From IMG/VR virus record IMGVR_UViG_3300049486_000058, positions 1 through 32,564 of that record: a stretch of DNA of 32,564 nucleotides. The stretch is one strand, 5' to 3'. Shown one piece after another: positions 1 to 8,786 of the stretch. Position 1 is the first letter of the stretch, and each line of letters starts with the position of its first letter. The position numbers and the translations under genes are program-made. Origin of the DNA: a virus (Duplodnaviria; Caudoviricetes). Below the pieces are notes generated by a model. That model saw only the letters and a program-made list of their open reading frames with translations, was not told the DNA's origin and ran no database searches.

Positions 1-96
1 CAAAATGTGGAGTACAAATCTACTCCAGCACTGAGGCAGTTAAATTACTATCCTGAAAAATTACAGGGTGGCGTAGCGCTCCACCACCCTGTTACT

Positions 97-804
97 TTAA
101 TAGCGGTTTGTGGTGAGATTTCTTGATTTACTAGCATCTAATTGACGATTTAGATTCTCACGGGTAACTTTACCGCTAAGTAGCTTTGCTAGTTCATCAC
201 GGCTCTTACTGTTAAAATCTGGGATGCCGTACAGATTAGCCAACCGTATCAAAATCGGACGCTTTTGCTGTTTTAACTCATTCTCACCAACTGTTACCGC
301 CTTACTATTGCCATTAGATTCAGCACTAACTATCATCTGAAAGTCACTAGCATCGCCTTTACCGTTGCCGTTGTGACCATTACTGTTTGGCGTGGGGTCT
401 TCCAAAGTCACTTCTGATTCAGGATTGGGTATTGGAGATTGGGCATCAGACGGTGGGGTTTCCTCAAACACCGCATCCTGAACTGCTGGAGGTTCATCAC
501 TAGGGGCAGGGGGTTGAGGGGAAACAGGGGCATCAGGTTCAGTAGCAGCCGTAATTTGCAGAGGAGAATTAAACAGGGCATCAATAGCAGCCTTAAAGGT
601 AGTAACTTCCTCTGGACAGATACCATTCAACATCTGTAAGGCAGTACCAACTTGCACCAGAGCAGAATCAGCAGCTTGTTCCGCACCTTGCACCTCTTGA
701 GCGTGTAGTTGCAATTGGGTAACTTGTTGTTGCAGTGCGGCGATTTGCTCTTGGTAAAATTCGATCTGAGCGTTGATGTTGCTGAGGCGATTAAATAGTA
801 ACAT
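97..804 (-). CDS. Hypothetical protein: N-terminal coiled coil, Pro/acidic linker, C-terminal Rho_N-like helix-extended-helix motif
   Basis: 235-aa ORF with Q-rich heptads; ELKQQKRPILIRLANLYGIPDFNSKSRDELAKLL resembles the Rho N-terminal nucleic-acid-binding motif. Confidence 0.7.
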   Translation of the reverse strand: MLLFNRLSNINAQIEFYQEQIAALQQQVTQLQLHAQEVQGAEQAADSALVQVGTALQMLNGICPEEVTTFKAAIDALFNSPLQITAATEPDAPVSPQPPAPSDEPPAVQDAVFEETPPSDAQSPIPNPESEVTLEDPTPNSNGHNGNGKGDASDFQMIVSAESNGNSKAVTVGENELKQQKRPILIRLANLYGIPDFNSKSRDELAKLLSGKVTRENLNRQLDASKSRNLTTNRY

Positions 805-891
805 TGCGAGATCCTTGTAAGTTAATGGTGAAGCGAGTTTGATTTGAGAGATTGACCCCAGCTTGTAGCTAGGTGCTGGGGTGTAGTTGGT

Positions 892-1251
892 CTAGTCGTT
901 GTCTTGAACAGCAAATTGTCCGTAACCAGAAGTTTGAGTTAATCTTTCGCAAACATCATCTAATACCTGATTGCCAGTAGGGGGAAACTCTTCACCTAAA
1001 TGGTACTTAGCAGATAATTCACCGCAGAGACTAGCATCACCGTTGCAATGGGGTAAAATCTGACCTTCTGGAAAACCAACTTCATCAATATCATTGCTTG
1101 GCCAACCGCTTTGAGGGTAACGCTTGCGGTTCATAGCACGAATAGACTCTTGAACTTCTACAGGTTCCTGCTTGAGCAGTTCGTTCATTTCAATAGCTGC
1201 TTGTAACCAGGGAGAAACGGGCTGCTGATTGTTATTGGTAGTCATTTTCAA
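892..1251 (-). CDS. Hypothetical phage protein
   Basis: 119-aa ORF preceded by AAGGA, downstream of a consensus promoter, co-oriented with 97..804. Confidence 0.65.
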   Translation of the reverse strand: MKMTTNNNQQPVSPWLQAAIEMNELLKQEPVEVQESIRAMNRKRYPQSGWPSNDIDEVGFPEGQILPHCNGDASLCGELSAKYHLGEEFPPTGNQVLDDVCERLTQTSGYGQFAVQDND

Positions 1252-1344
1252 AATTCCTTTAGGTGTAAACCCAGCGTCTTAGAAGCGGTGGCTGGGGTGA
1301 TTGCTTTGGGCTTTGTGTGTAGTGGTTTTGCCCTTATGACTACT

Positions 1345-1373
1345 ACTATAGACGGTACACAATTGGATGTCAA
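1345..1373 (-). promoter_or_regulatory. Sigma70-type promoter for the leftward operon
   Basis: Minus strand reads TTGACA-N17-TATAGT (plus TGTCAA 1368-1373, ACTATA 1345-1350). Confidence 0.75.
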
Positions 1374-1412
1374 GGGGTAAGATAGAAAAAAACAGAAAAT
1401 TTTTTACAGCTT

Positions 1413-1637
1413 ATGACTGGCAGCAATTCCGGGTATTTTCCGAGTCATGGTATAGGAAGTAAGAGCAAGCAAAAAACCATCTCTACTATGTACCATAATC
1501 AAATCGACGCAATATTACGCTCAATGGAAAGTCGTTCTGATTACATTCGCCAAGCTGTAAACGAGAAGCTACACAAGGACGGCTTGCTAGATGACGAATT
1601 AATTCAGGAACTGCGAGAAAGTGGTCAACTACCCTGA
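1413..1637 (+). CDS. Ribbon-helix-helix (CopG/Arc-like) DNA-binding protein
   Basis: ISTMYHNQIDAILRSMESRSDYIRQAVNEKL fits the RHH pattern; divergent from the 1345-1373 promoter. Confidence 0.7.
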   Translation: MTGSNSGYFPSHGIGSKSKQKTISTMYHNQIDAILRSMESRSDYIRQAVNEKLHKDGLLDDELIQELRESGQLP

Positions 1638-1700
1638 AAAACAACGGTATAGACTTTATGCGGTAGATAACCCAAATTGGAGTTAGATAAAAAGTTGATG

Positions 1701-1726
1701 AGCCTGGTTTGTGTCCGGGCTTTTTT
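1701..1726 (+). terminator. Intrinsic terminator after the RHH gene
   Basis: GCCTGG-tttgtgt-CCGGGC hairpin followed by T6. Confidence 0.6.
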
Positions 1727-1741
1727 ATTTAACAAATAGCC

Positions 1742-2230
1742 ATGATTCAACTACCAACAACAGGCACACCGGAACAAAAACAAACGGTCTTTAAATTTCT
1801 AATACAAAGCAAATATGAGGGAAATGTAGACAAAATCATCAACGGGCCAGTCCGTGCTAAAGGTGGCATAGCAGGCAGATTTCAAGATGGTAAAAAAATA
1901 ATTTACTGCTGCTTTCAAGAATCAGATGATGGCTGGCAGGCAAAATATGAAGTAGTTGGCTTTGCAGAAGTAGTTGGCTTTGCAGAAGATGAACAAGATA
2001 CAGTTGACTCATTCACCGAGCAGCTGCGAAATGAAGCAGGGCAACTTACTGATGGATGGGTGGGACAAATAAGAAACCTACTAGATAATTCAGACGACCT
2101 AATCAACTTTCAAGAATCCTTAAGCAACTTCTACCCAAATTTGAGCATTGATGATTTCAGCAGCATCATGGGTGAAGCCATGACCGCATCAAGGTTAGCA
2201 GGTCAATTTGAGGCACAAGATGGTATTTGA
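1742..2230 (+). CDS. Head-module protein: unnamed N-terminal domain plus C-terminal helical region resembling the Mu gp29/DUF935 portal C-terminus
   Basis: Overlaps the MuF start; LLDNSDDLINFQESLSNFYPNLSIDDFSSIMGEAMTASRLAG resembles the portal tail that normally precedes MuF; N-terminus aligns with the MuF C-terminus. Confidence 0.65.
   Translation: MIQLPTTGTPEQKQTVFKFLIQSKYEGNVDKIINGPVRAKGGIAGRFQDGKKIIYCCFQESDDGWQAKYEVVGFAEVVGFAEDEQDTVDSFTEQLRNEAGQLTDGWVGQIRNLLDNSDDLINFQESLSNFYPNLSIDDFSSIMGEAMTASRLAGQFEAQDGI
1949..1984 (+). repeat. Perfect 18-bp tandem duplication (EVVGFA x2)
   Basis: GAAGTAGTTGGCTTTGCA occurs twice, in frame. Confidence 0.9.
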
Positions 2231-3188
2231 GTATAGAAGCTTACCATTTACCCAAGCTATTGATTTCTTCCGGGCTAAAGTCAACGTCCCCACAGCCAGC
2301 TATCAAGACGTGTGGGAACATGATATCGCCTTCGTGGTAGCAGGGGCAACAAAAGCCACCCTACTAGCAGATTTTCGTCAAGCAGTAGATGAAGCCATAG
2401 CCACCGGAAAGACCCGGCAAGAATTTCAGAAAGACTTTGATCGGATTGTAGCAACTCACGGCTGGGAGCATCGCGGTGGACGTGAATGGCGTGCCAATAT
2501 CATTTACGGAACAAACCTCAGAACTGCCTATGCTGCGGGACGCTGGGAGCAGATGACCGACCCAGACATACTGAGAATGCGTCCTTATTGGATGTATAAG
2601 CATGGTAATTCACCACATCCCAGATTACACCACTTAGCCCTAGATGGAAAAGTATTTCCAGCAGATGATCCTTGGTGGCAATACAACTTTCCCCCCAACG
2701 GCTGGGGCTGTAAGTGCTTGGCTGTTTCCCTCTCGATCAGAGATGTAGAGAGAATGGGTAAAGAGGTAGAAACCCCACCCCGCACAGCTACTTACACCTG
2801 GACTAACCCCATTGATGGTAAAAAGTACACCATCCTGAATCAACCAGATCCAGGCTGGAACTATACCCCAGGAAGGTCAACACCACAAGAAAAAGCCCAA
2901 ATCTTCCAGAACATCTTGCAAAATTTACCTGATGATCTACGCTTCCAAGTTGAGCAAGATGCTGTTCAACGTACCCAACAGGCGGGTAACATCTTTAAAC
3001 AGTCTCTATTTCAGTATCTAATTCAAAAACAATACCAAAAGCAAATCCAAGTTTTCGGTATTCCTGAAATGATCCAGGGAAATTTTACAGGCTATTTTCA
3101 AGACGGAAATATTACTTACTATGGACAAATTGAAGCTAGTGATAATAGTTGGGTAATTAATTATGGTCGGCTTGATTCTGAAAGTTGA
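2220..3188 (+). CDS. Phage minor head protein MuF (Mu gp30 family) with short C-terminal extension
   Basis: Motifs AFVVAGAT, TNLRTAYAAGRW, RPYWMY, PRLHHLALDG, DDPWW..NFPPNGWGCKC, PDPGWNYTPG; ATG at 2220 preferred over TTG at 2208. Confidence 0.92.
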   Translation: MVFEYRSLPFTQAIDFFRAKVNVPTASYQDVWEHDIAFVVAGATKATLLADFRQAVDEAIATGKTRQEFQKDFDRIVATHGWEHRGGREWRANIIYGTNLRTAYAAGRWEQMTDPDILRMRPYWMYKHGNSPHPRLHHLALDGKVFPADDPWWQYNFPPNGWGCKCLAVSLSIRDVERMGKEVETPPRTATYTWTNPIDGKKYTILNQPDPGWNYTPGRSTPQEKAQIFQNILQNLPDDLRFQVEQDAVQRTQQAGNIFKQSLFQYLIQKQYQKQIQVFGIPEMIQGNFTGYFQDGNITYYGQIEASDNSWVINYGRLDSES

Positions 3189-3612
3189 TGACAGTGAAAT
3201 TCAAGAGTATTTAACACAACTACAATCAAAAGTTCAGAATTTAGAACCAGCATATAAAATAATTGGCGAGTACATGATACTTGCCATTATAGACCGCTAC
3301 GATAAAGAAATCACAGCAGAAGGACAGCCTTGGGCTGCTTTAAGTGCAGCCACAATTAAGCAGAAGCAGCGCAAAGGTAAAATACAAAAAATCCTCCAAC
3401 AAGATGGGGACTTAAGGAGGACGATTATTTATCAAACATCACCTACCCAATTAGAAATCGGAACAAACCGTATATACGCAGCTATTCACCAATTTGGAGG
3501 ACAGGCAGGAAGGGGTAAAAAAGTAACTATTCAAGCCCGTCCATTTTTAGGAATTAGTGAAGCTGACAAATCCGAAATTGTCAAAATTTGTCAGGATTTT
3601 CTAATTACTTAG
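3163..3612 (+). CDS. Phage virion morphogenesis protein (Mu gpG / tail_S family)
   Basis: GQPWAALSAAT, ILQQDGDLRRTI, IGTNRIYAAIHQFGG, IQARPFLGIS. Confidence 0.92.
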   Translation: MVGLILKVDDSEIQEYLTQLQSKVQNLEPAYKIIGEYMILAIIDRYDKEITAEGQPWAALSAATIKQKQRKGKIQKILQQDGDLRRTIIYQTSPTQLEIGTNRIYAAIHQFGGQAGRGKKVTIQARPFLGISEADKSEIVKICQDFLIT

Positions 3613-4300
3613 TAAAATATGCGATTGTGTAGCTAACATTTGTGGCTGCACTTAATTCCATATTCAAAGCTTGGTTACTTCCAACCTTTAATTCCCTATT
3701 CACTGGGTAAGCCACTGGCTGGCCATCACCTATAACCCCGGCAAGAACAAATTCATCAATCTGAGAATTACCCGCTTTGAGAACCACATTCACGGGAGTA
3801 GCAGATTTATTTTGGATTCTTACGTATGAGATGTACGCTGTTGCTCCCCCAGCAGGTGCTGAGAAAATTGTGTTGTTTGTGTTGCTGGTAGTGTTAGAAA
3901 CGACATTAATAGTTCTATCAAGTAGCTCAAGAAGTCGTTTCTGTAGCTGCAACAGATTAAATGCACCAGTATTATTTGTAGCTGGAGCATCGTTTGGATT
4001 ACCAATACCAGATCCAGCATCACTAAATGTAACCTTGGTTTCCCAAGCAGTACCTGATTCATCATCTCGAAGATTTGATAACGTCTGAGACAGACTTTGA
4101 ATCTGGTATAAGAGAGAGCATAGAATCCCTAAGATTCCTATTGTGGGTGGGTCGTCAACCCCGTCGCTAATGGGAAATCCTAATTTCTCTAGAACATAAT
4201 TTTGAAACTCTGTTGGGGTTGGATTTCCACCACCACCACCAAAACTCACATCAGAAACCTTCAGATTAATACACAAATTACCTTCCGAATCAAAATTCAT
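3605..4300 (-). CDS. Hypothetical protein, probably virion-associated with a beta-rich C-terminus, antisense within the head operon
   Basis: 231-aa ORF fills the G-I gap; DAPATNNTGAFNLLQLQKRLL segment followed by a beta-sandwich-like C-terminus. Confidence 0.7.
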   Translation of the reverse strand: MNFDSEGNLCINLKVSDVSFGGGGGNPTPTEFQNYVLEKLGFPISDGVDDPPTIGILGILCSLLYQIQSLSQTLSNLRDDESGTAWETKVTFSDAGSGIGNPNDAPATNNTGAFNLLQLQKRLLELLDRTINVVSNTTSNTNNTIFSAPAGGATAYISYVRIQNKSATPVNVVLKAGNSQIDEFVLAGVIGDGQPVAYPVNRELKVGSNQALNMELSAATNVSYTIAYFTK

Positions 4301-4435
4301 AATTTTGGCTCATCTAGATTAGATTGCTCCAAATTAAACAAATAAATTTTCTTTTACTAGCCAGAAAAAAATCAGCATTACACCTGTAAAACTTCAGGCT
4401 TCCTATTCATGATGTGCCTTGCCACAATCATAATC

Positions 4436-5329
4436 ATGAAACCTCTACAAATCTTCAAAAAAGGCAAACACACGGCAATGAGCGGCGTTACTCTCAGTTT
4501 TTCTGAGAATGACGTGAGAACTTCCATCTCTGAGTACGACCCAGATGTGCATCAAGCACCCTTGGTAATTGGGCATCCAAAAACAGATGATCCTGCCTAC
4601 GGGTGGGTAAAATCGCTTTCCTATGTCGATGGCATCATGGAAGCACTGCCCGAACAGGTAGATCCTGCCTTTGCCAAGATGGTAAATGAAGGGAAATTTA
4701 AAAAGATTAGTGCGAGTTTTTACCCACCAGATAGCCCGAACAACCCCAAACCAGGAATTTACTATCTCAAACATGTGGGCTTTTTGGGGGCTGCTGCACC
4801 AGCAATCAAGGGTCTAAAGAGTGCCAGTTTTGCAGAAGATGAAGATTACATAGAAGTTGAATTAGATTTTTCTGAATTCTGTCAGTGTCAAACTAATAAA
4901 AATAAAAAGGGGAAAACATTGAATGAAGAAGAATTAAAAGCCCGTGAAGCTGCTCTTGCTGAACGAGAAGCCAAATTAAAGTTAGCAGAAGCAACCAGCT
5001 TTATTGAAGGGATAAGAACCAAAATCCCACCCATTTACAGAAATGGATTAATTGAATTTATAGCCAGTTTGGATGCCGAACAAGAAATCGAATTCTCAGA
5101 AGGAGGGAAAACCAAAAAACTACCCAGTGCCGCGTTCATTAAAGATTTACTTTCCCATCTTCCGAATTTAGTCGAATTCAAAGAAGTAGCAACCGGTCAA
5201 ACACCAGATCCGGAAACAGACCCGCACAAAATCGCCATCAAAGCACGGCAGTACGTAGCTGAACAAAAAAGCAAGGGAATAGAAATTTCCTACACCGAAG
5301 CCGTAAGTCACATTATAGGGGGTGATTAA
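4436..5329 (+). CDS. Mu-like prohead protease/scaffold (gpI-like)
   Basis: IFKKGKH, YDPDVHQAPLVIGHP, PAYGWV, KKISASFY, YYLKHVGFLGAAAPAIKGL; ATG at 4436 preferred over the ORF-track start 4409. Confidence 0.9.
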   Translation: MKPLQIFKKGKHTAMSGVTLSFSENDVRTSISEYDPDVHQAPLVIGHPKTDDPAYGWVKSLSYVDGIMEALPEQVDPAFAKMVNEGKFKKISASFYPPDSPNNPKPGIYYLKHVGFLGAAAPAIKGLKSASFAEDEDYIEVELDFSEFCQCQTNKNKKGKTLNEEELKAREAALAEREAKLKLAEATSFIEGIRTKIPPIYRNGLIEFIASLDAEQEIEFSEGGKTKKLPSAAFIKDLLSHLPNLVEFKEVATGQTPDPETDPHKIAIKARQYVAEQKSKGIEISYTEAVSHIIGGD

Positions 5330-5694
5330 TGGGAGTACGAAAACACGAATTAATTGACTGTGCCGTGCCTCAAGGAGCGATACCACCTTACAGAATTGTG
5401 AAATACGGCACGGCCGATGGGACAGTTACTCTAGCAATTGCTGTCACTGATAAATTGTGTGGAACTGCCAACAACTTAGGAGCAACGGCCACTGATAGGC
5501 GGGTTGACATTATTAAAGGTGGGATTGGTGAAGTGGAATTTGGTGGAAATGTAACTAGGGGAGACTGGCTGACCACTGACGACCAAGGACGGGCCATCAC
5601 TGCCAGCACCGGAAACCGCACTATTGGCATGGCTGAAGTCAGTGGCGTTTCTGGGGACATTGGCTCATATTTATTTGCACCAGGTAAAGCTTAG
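5329..5694 (+). CDS. Capsid cement/decoration protein (DUF2190-like)
   Basis: Lies between scaffold and capsid; VEFGGNVTRGDWLTTDDQGRAI motif. Confidence 0.82.
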   Translation: MGVRKHELIDCAVPQGAIPPYRIVKYGTADGTVTLAIAVTDKLCGTANNLGATATDRRVDIIKGGIGEVEFGGNVTRGDWLTTDDQGRAITASTGNRTIGMAEVSGVSGDIGSYLFAPGKA

Positions 5695-6642
5695 ATGAGT
5701 AATAAAGCACCATTTCCAGTAGATCCAGCACTTACAGCTATTGCCATAGCATACCGAAATAGTCGATTAATCGCCGATGAGGTCTTGCCAAGAATTCCTC
5801 CTTTACCACGACAAGAATTTCAGTGGTGGAAATTCGCGCTAGACGAAAATTTCCGAATACCCGACACCAAGGTCGGGCGAACCTCACGCCCCAATGAGGT
5901 CGAATTTTCAGCCAGCCAAGAATCTGAATCAACGGAAGACTATGCGCTAGATGATCCAATCCCGCAATCAGATATTGATAACGCTTCCGAAGGATATGAT
6001 CCTGTTGGGCGTGCTACTGAATCTTTAACTGATTTGATAATGCTAGACCGCGAAAAACGGTGTGCGGATATAGTCTTTGACGAAAACACTTATCCCCCAA
6101 CCCAAAGGGAAACATTGTCTGGGGCTGATCAATTTAGTGATTCAAGCTCAAAGCCAATTGTGAAGCTCATGAGGGTTATGGACAAAATGATAATGCGTCC
6201 AAATATCATGGTCATCGGTCGGTTGGCTTTTACGGATATGATCCAGAATCCGAGTATCGTCCGGGCATATCACCGCAATGACGGCGGAGATGGCACGGCT
6301 GATGCCAAATTTCTCGCAGATATATTAGGCTTAGAGCAAATACTAGTTGGGGAAGCATGGTTAGTAACCTCTAAGAAGGGGCAAGCCACCACCACTACCG
6401 CTAGAGTATGGGGTAAACACATCGCCTTGTTGCACCGCGACAAACTAGCCAATCCCACTACTGGCAGTGCAGGACGTGCCACTTTCGGGTTTACGGCACA
6501 ATGGGGACAAAAAGTGGCTGGGAAAATTCCAGATCCTCATATTGGTATGAGGGGCGGTATGCGAATTCGTAGCGGTGAATCGGTGAAAGAGTGCATTTGC
6601 GCTCCTGATTTTGGGTACTTTCTCAAGAATGTGGTGGCTTGA
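5695..6642 (+). CDS. Major capsid protein (HK97 fold, Phage_cap_E-like)
   Basis: FPVDPALTAIAIAYRN..IADEVLP, MLDREKRCA, MRPNIMVIGR, FGFTAQWG, APDFGYFLKNVV; size and position fit. Confidence 0.88.
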   Translation: MSNKAPFPVDPALTAIAIAYRNSRLIADEVLPRIPPLPRQEFQWWKFALDENFRIPDTKVGRTSRPNEVEFSASQESESTEDYALDDPIPQSDIDNASEGYDPVGRATESLTDLIMLDREKRCADIVFDENTYPPTQRETLSGADQFSDSSSKPIVKLMRVMDKMIMRPNIMVIGRLAFTDMIQNPSIVRAYHRNDGGDGTADAKFLADILGLEQILVGEAWLVTSKKGQATTTTARVWGKHIALLHRDKLANPTTGSAGRATFGFTAQWGQKVAGKIPDPHIGMRGGMRIRSGESVKECICAPDFGYFLKNVVA

Positions 6643-7082
6643 TCATGAACTATGCAAGCCAAGACGATATGGTTGATTTATTCGGCTACCAAGAGGTAGT
6701 CGAACTAACCAACTTAGAAAACCCAGGCGCTAACACCATTGATTCGGTAAGGCTTGAAAAAGCTTTAGATTACGCCAGTAGAGAGGTAGATAGTTATCTA
6801 CAGGCTACTCGATACCAACTGCCCTTAGCCGTTATCCCCCTGGTTCTTAGAAACAAAGTAGGTGATATTGCCAGATACCATCTTGACAGCTACCGAGCCA
6901 GAGAAGATGTCCGCCAACGCTACGAAGACGCAATTAAGTGGTTGCAAATGCTAGTGCAAGGAAAGGTCAATTTGGGATTAGACAAACTTACAGAACAGCA
7001 AGTTAATCCCAGTGGTGGCGTACATTATTACACCCAAAGCAGAGTATTCACTCAAGAATTTTTAAGCGATTATGCTGGCTGA
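6639..7082 (+). CDS. Head-tail adaptor, Mu gp36 / DUF1320 family
   Basis: YASQDDM, ASREVDSYL..RYQLPL, DIARYHL, RYEDAIKWL; likely ATG at 6645. Confidence 0.9.
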   Translation: MIMNYASQDDMVDLFGYQEVVELTNLENPGANTIDSVRLEKALDYASREVDSYLQATRYQLPLAVIPLVLRNKVGDIARYHLDSYRAREDVRQRYEDAIKWLQMLVQGKVNLGLDKLTEQQVNPSGGVHYYTQSRVFTQEFLSDYAG

Positions 7083-7503
7083 GATTGAACAGGCAATTGT
7101 AAATCAATTGCTGCAACCACTACAGAGTGATGGGGTGAGAGTAACTGGATTTCCCGACAACCCCAATGACTTGGGACGACCAGTGGGGATAGGACAAGTT
7201 CTTGTGGGATTCAAAAAAGAATCTCTATCCCCAGTTACATCGGGTGTTTTGACTGCACCCATTATTCAAACTCACACCTTCAAATTTGAAGTTAGTTTGC
7301 AGCTAAAAAACTTACGTTCTCACGGTGGGGCATATCCACTGATGGATAAAATCCGTAGTCTCTTGACTGGTTTTAAACCATTGGGAGAAGCGAGTAAACC
7401 TATGTACCAAAGTGAGGGGGGATTTGTCGATTTAAAAGAAGGTATTTGGTACTACTCGATGATTTTTGATGTACCTGCTACTTATTGTAAAAAATTAATT
7501 TAA
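7072..7503 (+). CDS. Mu gp37-like tail terminator/completion protein
   Basis: EIEQAIV, NLRSHGGAYPLMDKIRSLLTGFKP, GIWYYSMIF; follows gp36. Confidence 0.82.
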   Translation: MLAEIEQAIVNQLLQPLQSDGVRVTGFPDNPNDLGRPVGIGQVLVGFKKESLSPVTSGVLTAPIIQTHTFKFEVSLQLKNLRSHGGAYPLMDKIRSLLTGFKPLGEASKPMYQSEGGFVDLKEGIWYYSMIFDVPATYCKKLI

Positions 7504-7515
7504 TTAGGAGTAAAA

Positions 7516-8298
7516 ATGTTAAGTGGTGTTGGGCAATTAGGAATATTCACCTTAGACCAAGCAAGTAAAGCTTTAGGTCAAGATGTTTTCTTTCCTGGGC
7601 AATTTGTTGATTTTAGGTATGATGGTGAGTCTCAAAAAAAAGAAGCAAAGGCTTGGGTCAGTGGTGTTAAGAAAACTGTATCATCAGCAGTTGGAGAAGA
7701 AACATATACCCTGAAACTTGCATTTGAATATTTAGACTGGGCACATCTTGGGTTCGCCTATGACGAAATAGCCCAAGTTTCTCAAAATGTTGTTTTACCA
7801 ATATTTAAAACAGCAACAGTTCCCGTAAGTACAGCATACGAAATTGCTGATAATGATATTACTACTACTAACGGAAATAGTATTAAAGTTTATGTACCGA
7901 ATAGAGGTGCGTGGGGTGAAGCTGGATTTAGAAAGAGAACATCAAATAACCCATCTGCTAAAGAATTTAAAGTAGATACAACTGCTAAAAAGCTTATCTT
8001 CCATGCTTCTGACGCTGGTGCGACAATACAATACTCCATTAATCAAACTTATGCTTCAGTTGAGAGTATTGGCTATGAAGCAACAGCAGACTCATTTGGA
8101 AAATTAAGCTTCATTGGTAAAGGGTATGGCCCTGAATTTCCCAGTGGAATAATTATTTACTTACCTAGCATTACTAGGAGTTCTATTGTTTCCATGAATA
8201 CTGATGATGTGCCTAAGTTTGAAATAGAATTCTCCTGTAACGTTCCGGCAGGAAAACGCACCCCTCATCAATACTTCAACTTGGCCACAGCTACTTAA
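7516..8298 (+). CDS. Putative major tail (tube) protein
   Basis: Follows gp37; AGGAG ribosome-binding site; beta-rich 260-aa protein; assigned by synteny. Confidence 0.65.
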   Translation: MLSGVGQLGIFTLDQASKALGQDVFFPGQFVDFRYDGESQKKEAKAWVSGVKKTVSSAVGEETYTLKLAFEYLDWAHLGFAYDEIAQVSQNVVLPIFKTATVPVSTAYEIADNDITTTNGNSIKVYVPNRGAWGEAGFRKRTSNNPSAKEFKVDTTAKKLIFHASDAGATIQYSINQTYASVESIGYEATADSFGKLSFIGKGYGPEFPSGIIIYLPSITRSSIVSMNTDDVPKFEIEFSCNVPAGKRTPHQYFNLATAT

Positions 8299-8303
8299 GT
8301 TAA

Positions 8304-8786
8304 GTGAAGAAAATAACTCTGACATTGCCTGATTCAGTCCCGCCCGATTTGGTACTTTATCAAATACCAGATGGGGCAGATGATTTTGTGCAGAAATCAG
8401 TAATTGATGTAGTTCGCTCAGGATCACCCACGTTAGTGGGAGTATCTACCCTAGAAGGCAGTGGTAAGCAAAGTATTTTATTATCCTTTCAAGTCTACGT
8501 ATCGGAAGATGAAGCCCTGCTATTTGATGAGCTAAAAGCAAGGCAACAAAGCTTATATCAGTTAAAGCAAGATGGTAAAATCACTCTCAGGAATGAACGT
8601 TTTTATTTTTCAGCGAGTGAAGCGACGAAAAATCAGCGAGTGATTATAGATACTAGAAATACTACTTGGGGAACTAAACACTATATTTCATACCCCGTAC
8701 TTCTCAGAATCCCAGAAAATCATACTCAGCAACAAGCTGACGACCTTTGGCTGCTTTCGTTTGACGCTTTGGAATTAAGCAGTTAG
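8304..8786 (+). CDS. Hypothetical tail-module protein
   Basis: 160-aa ORF with GTG start; its TAG stop overlaps the first base of CRISPR repeat 1. Confidence 0.7.
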   Translation: MKKITLTLPDSVPPDLVLYQIPDGADDFVQKSVIDVVRSGSPTLVGVSTLEGSGKQSILLSFQVYVSEDEALLFDELKARQQSLYQLKQDGKITLRNERFYFSASEATKNQRVIIDTRNTTWGTKHYISYPVLLRIPENHTQQQADDLWLLSFDALELSS

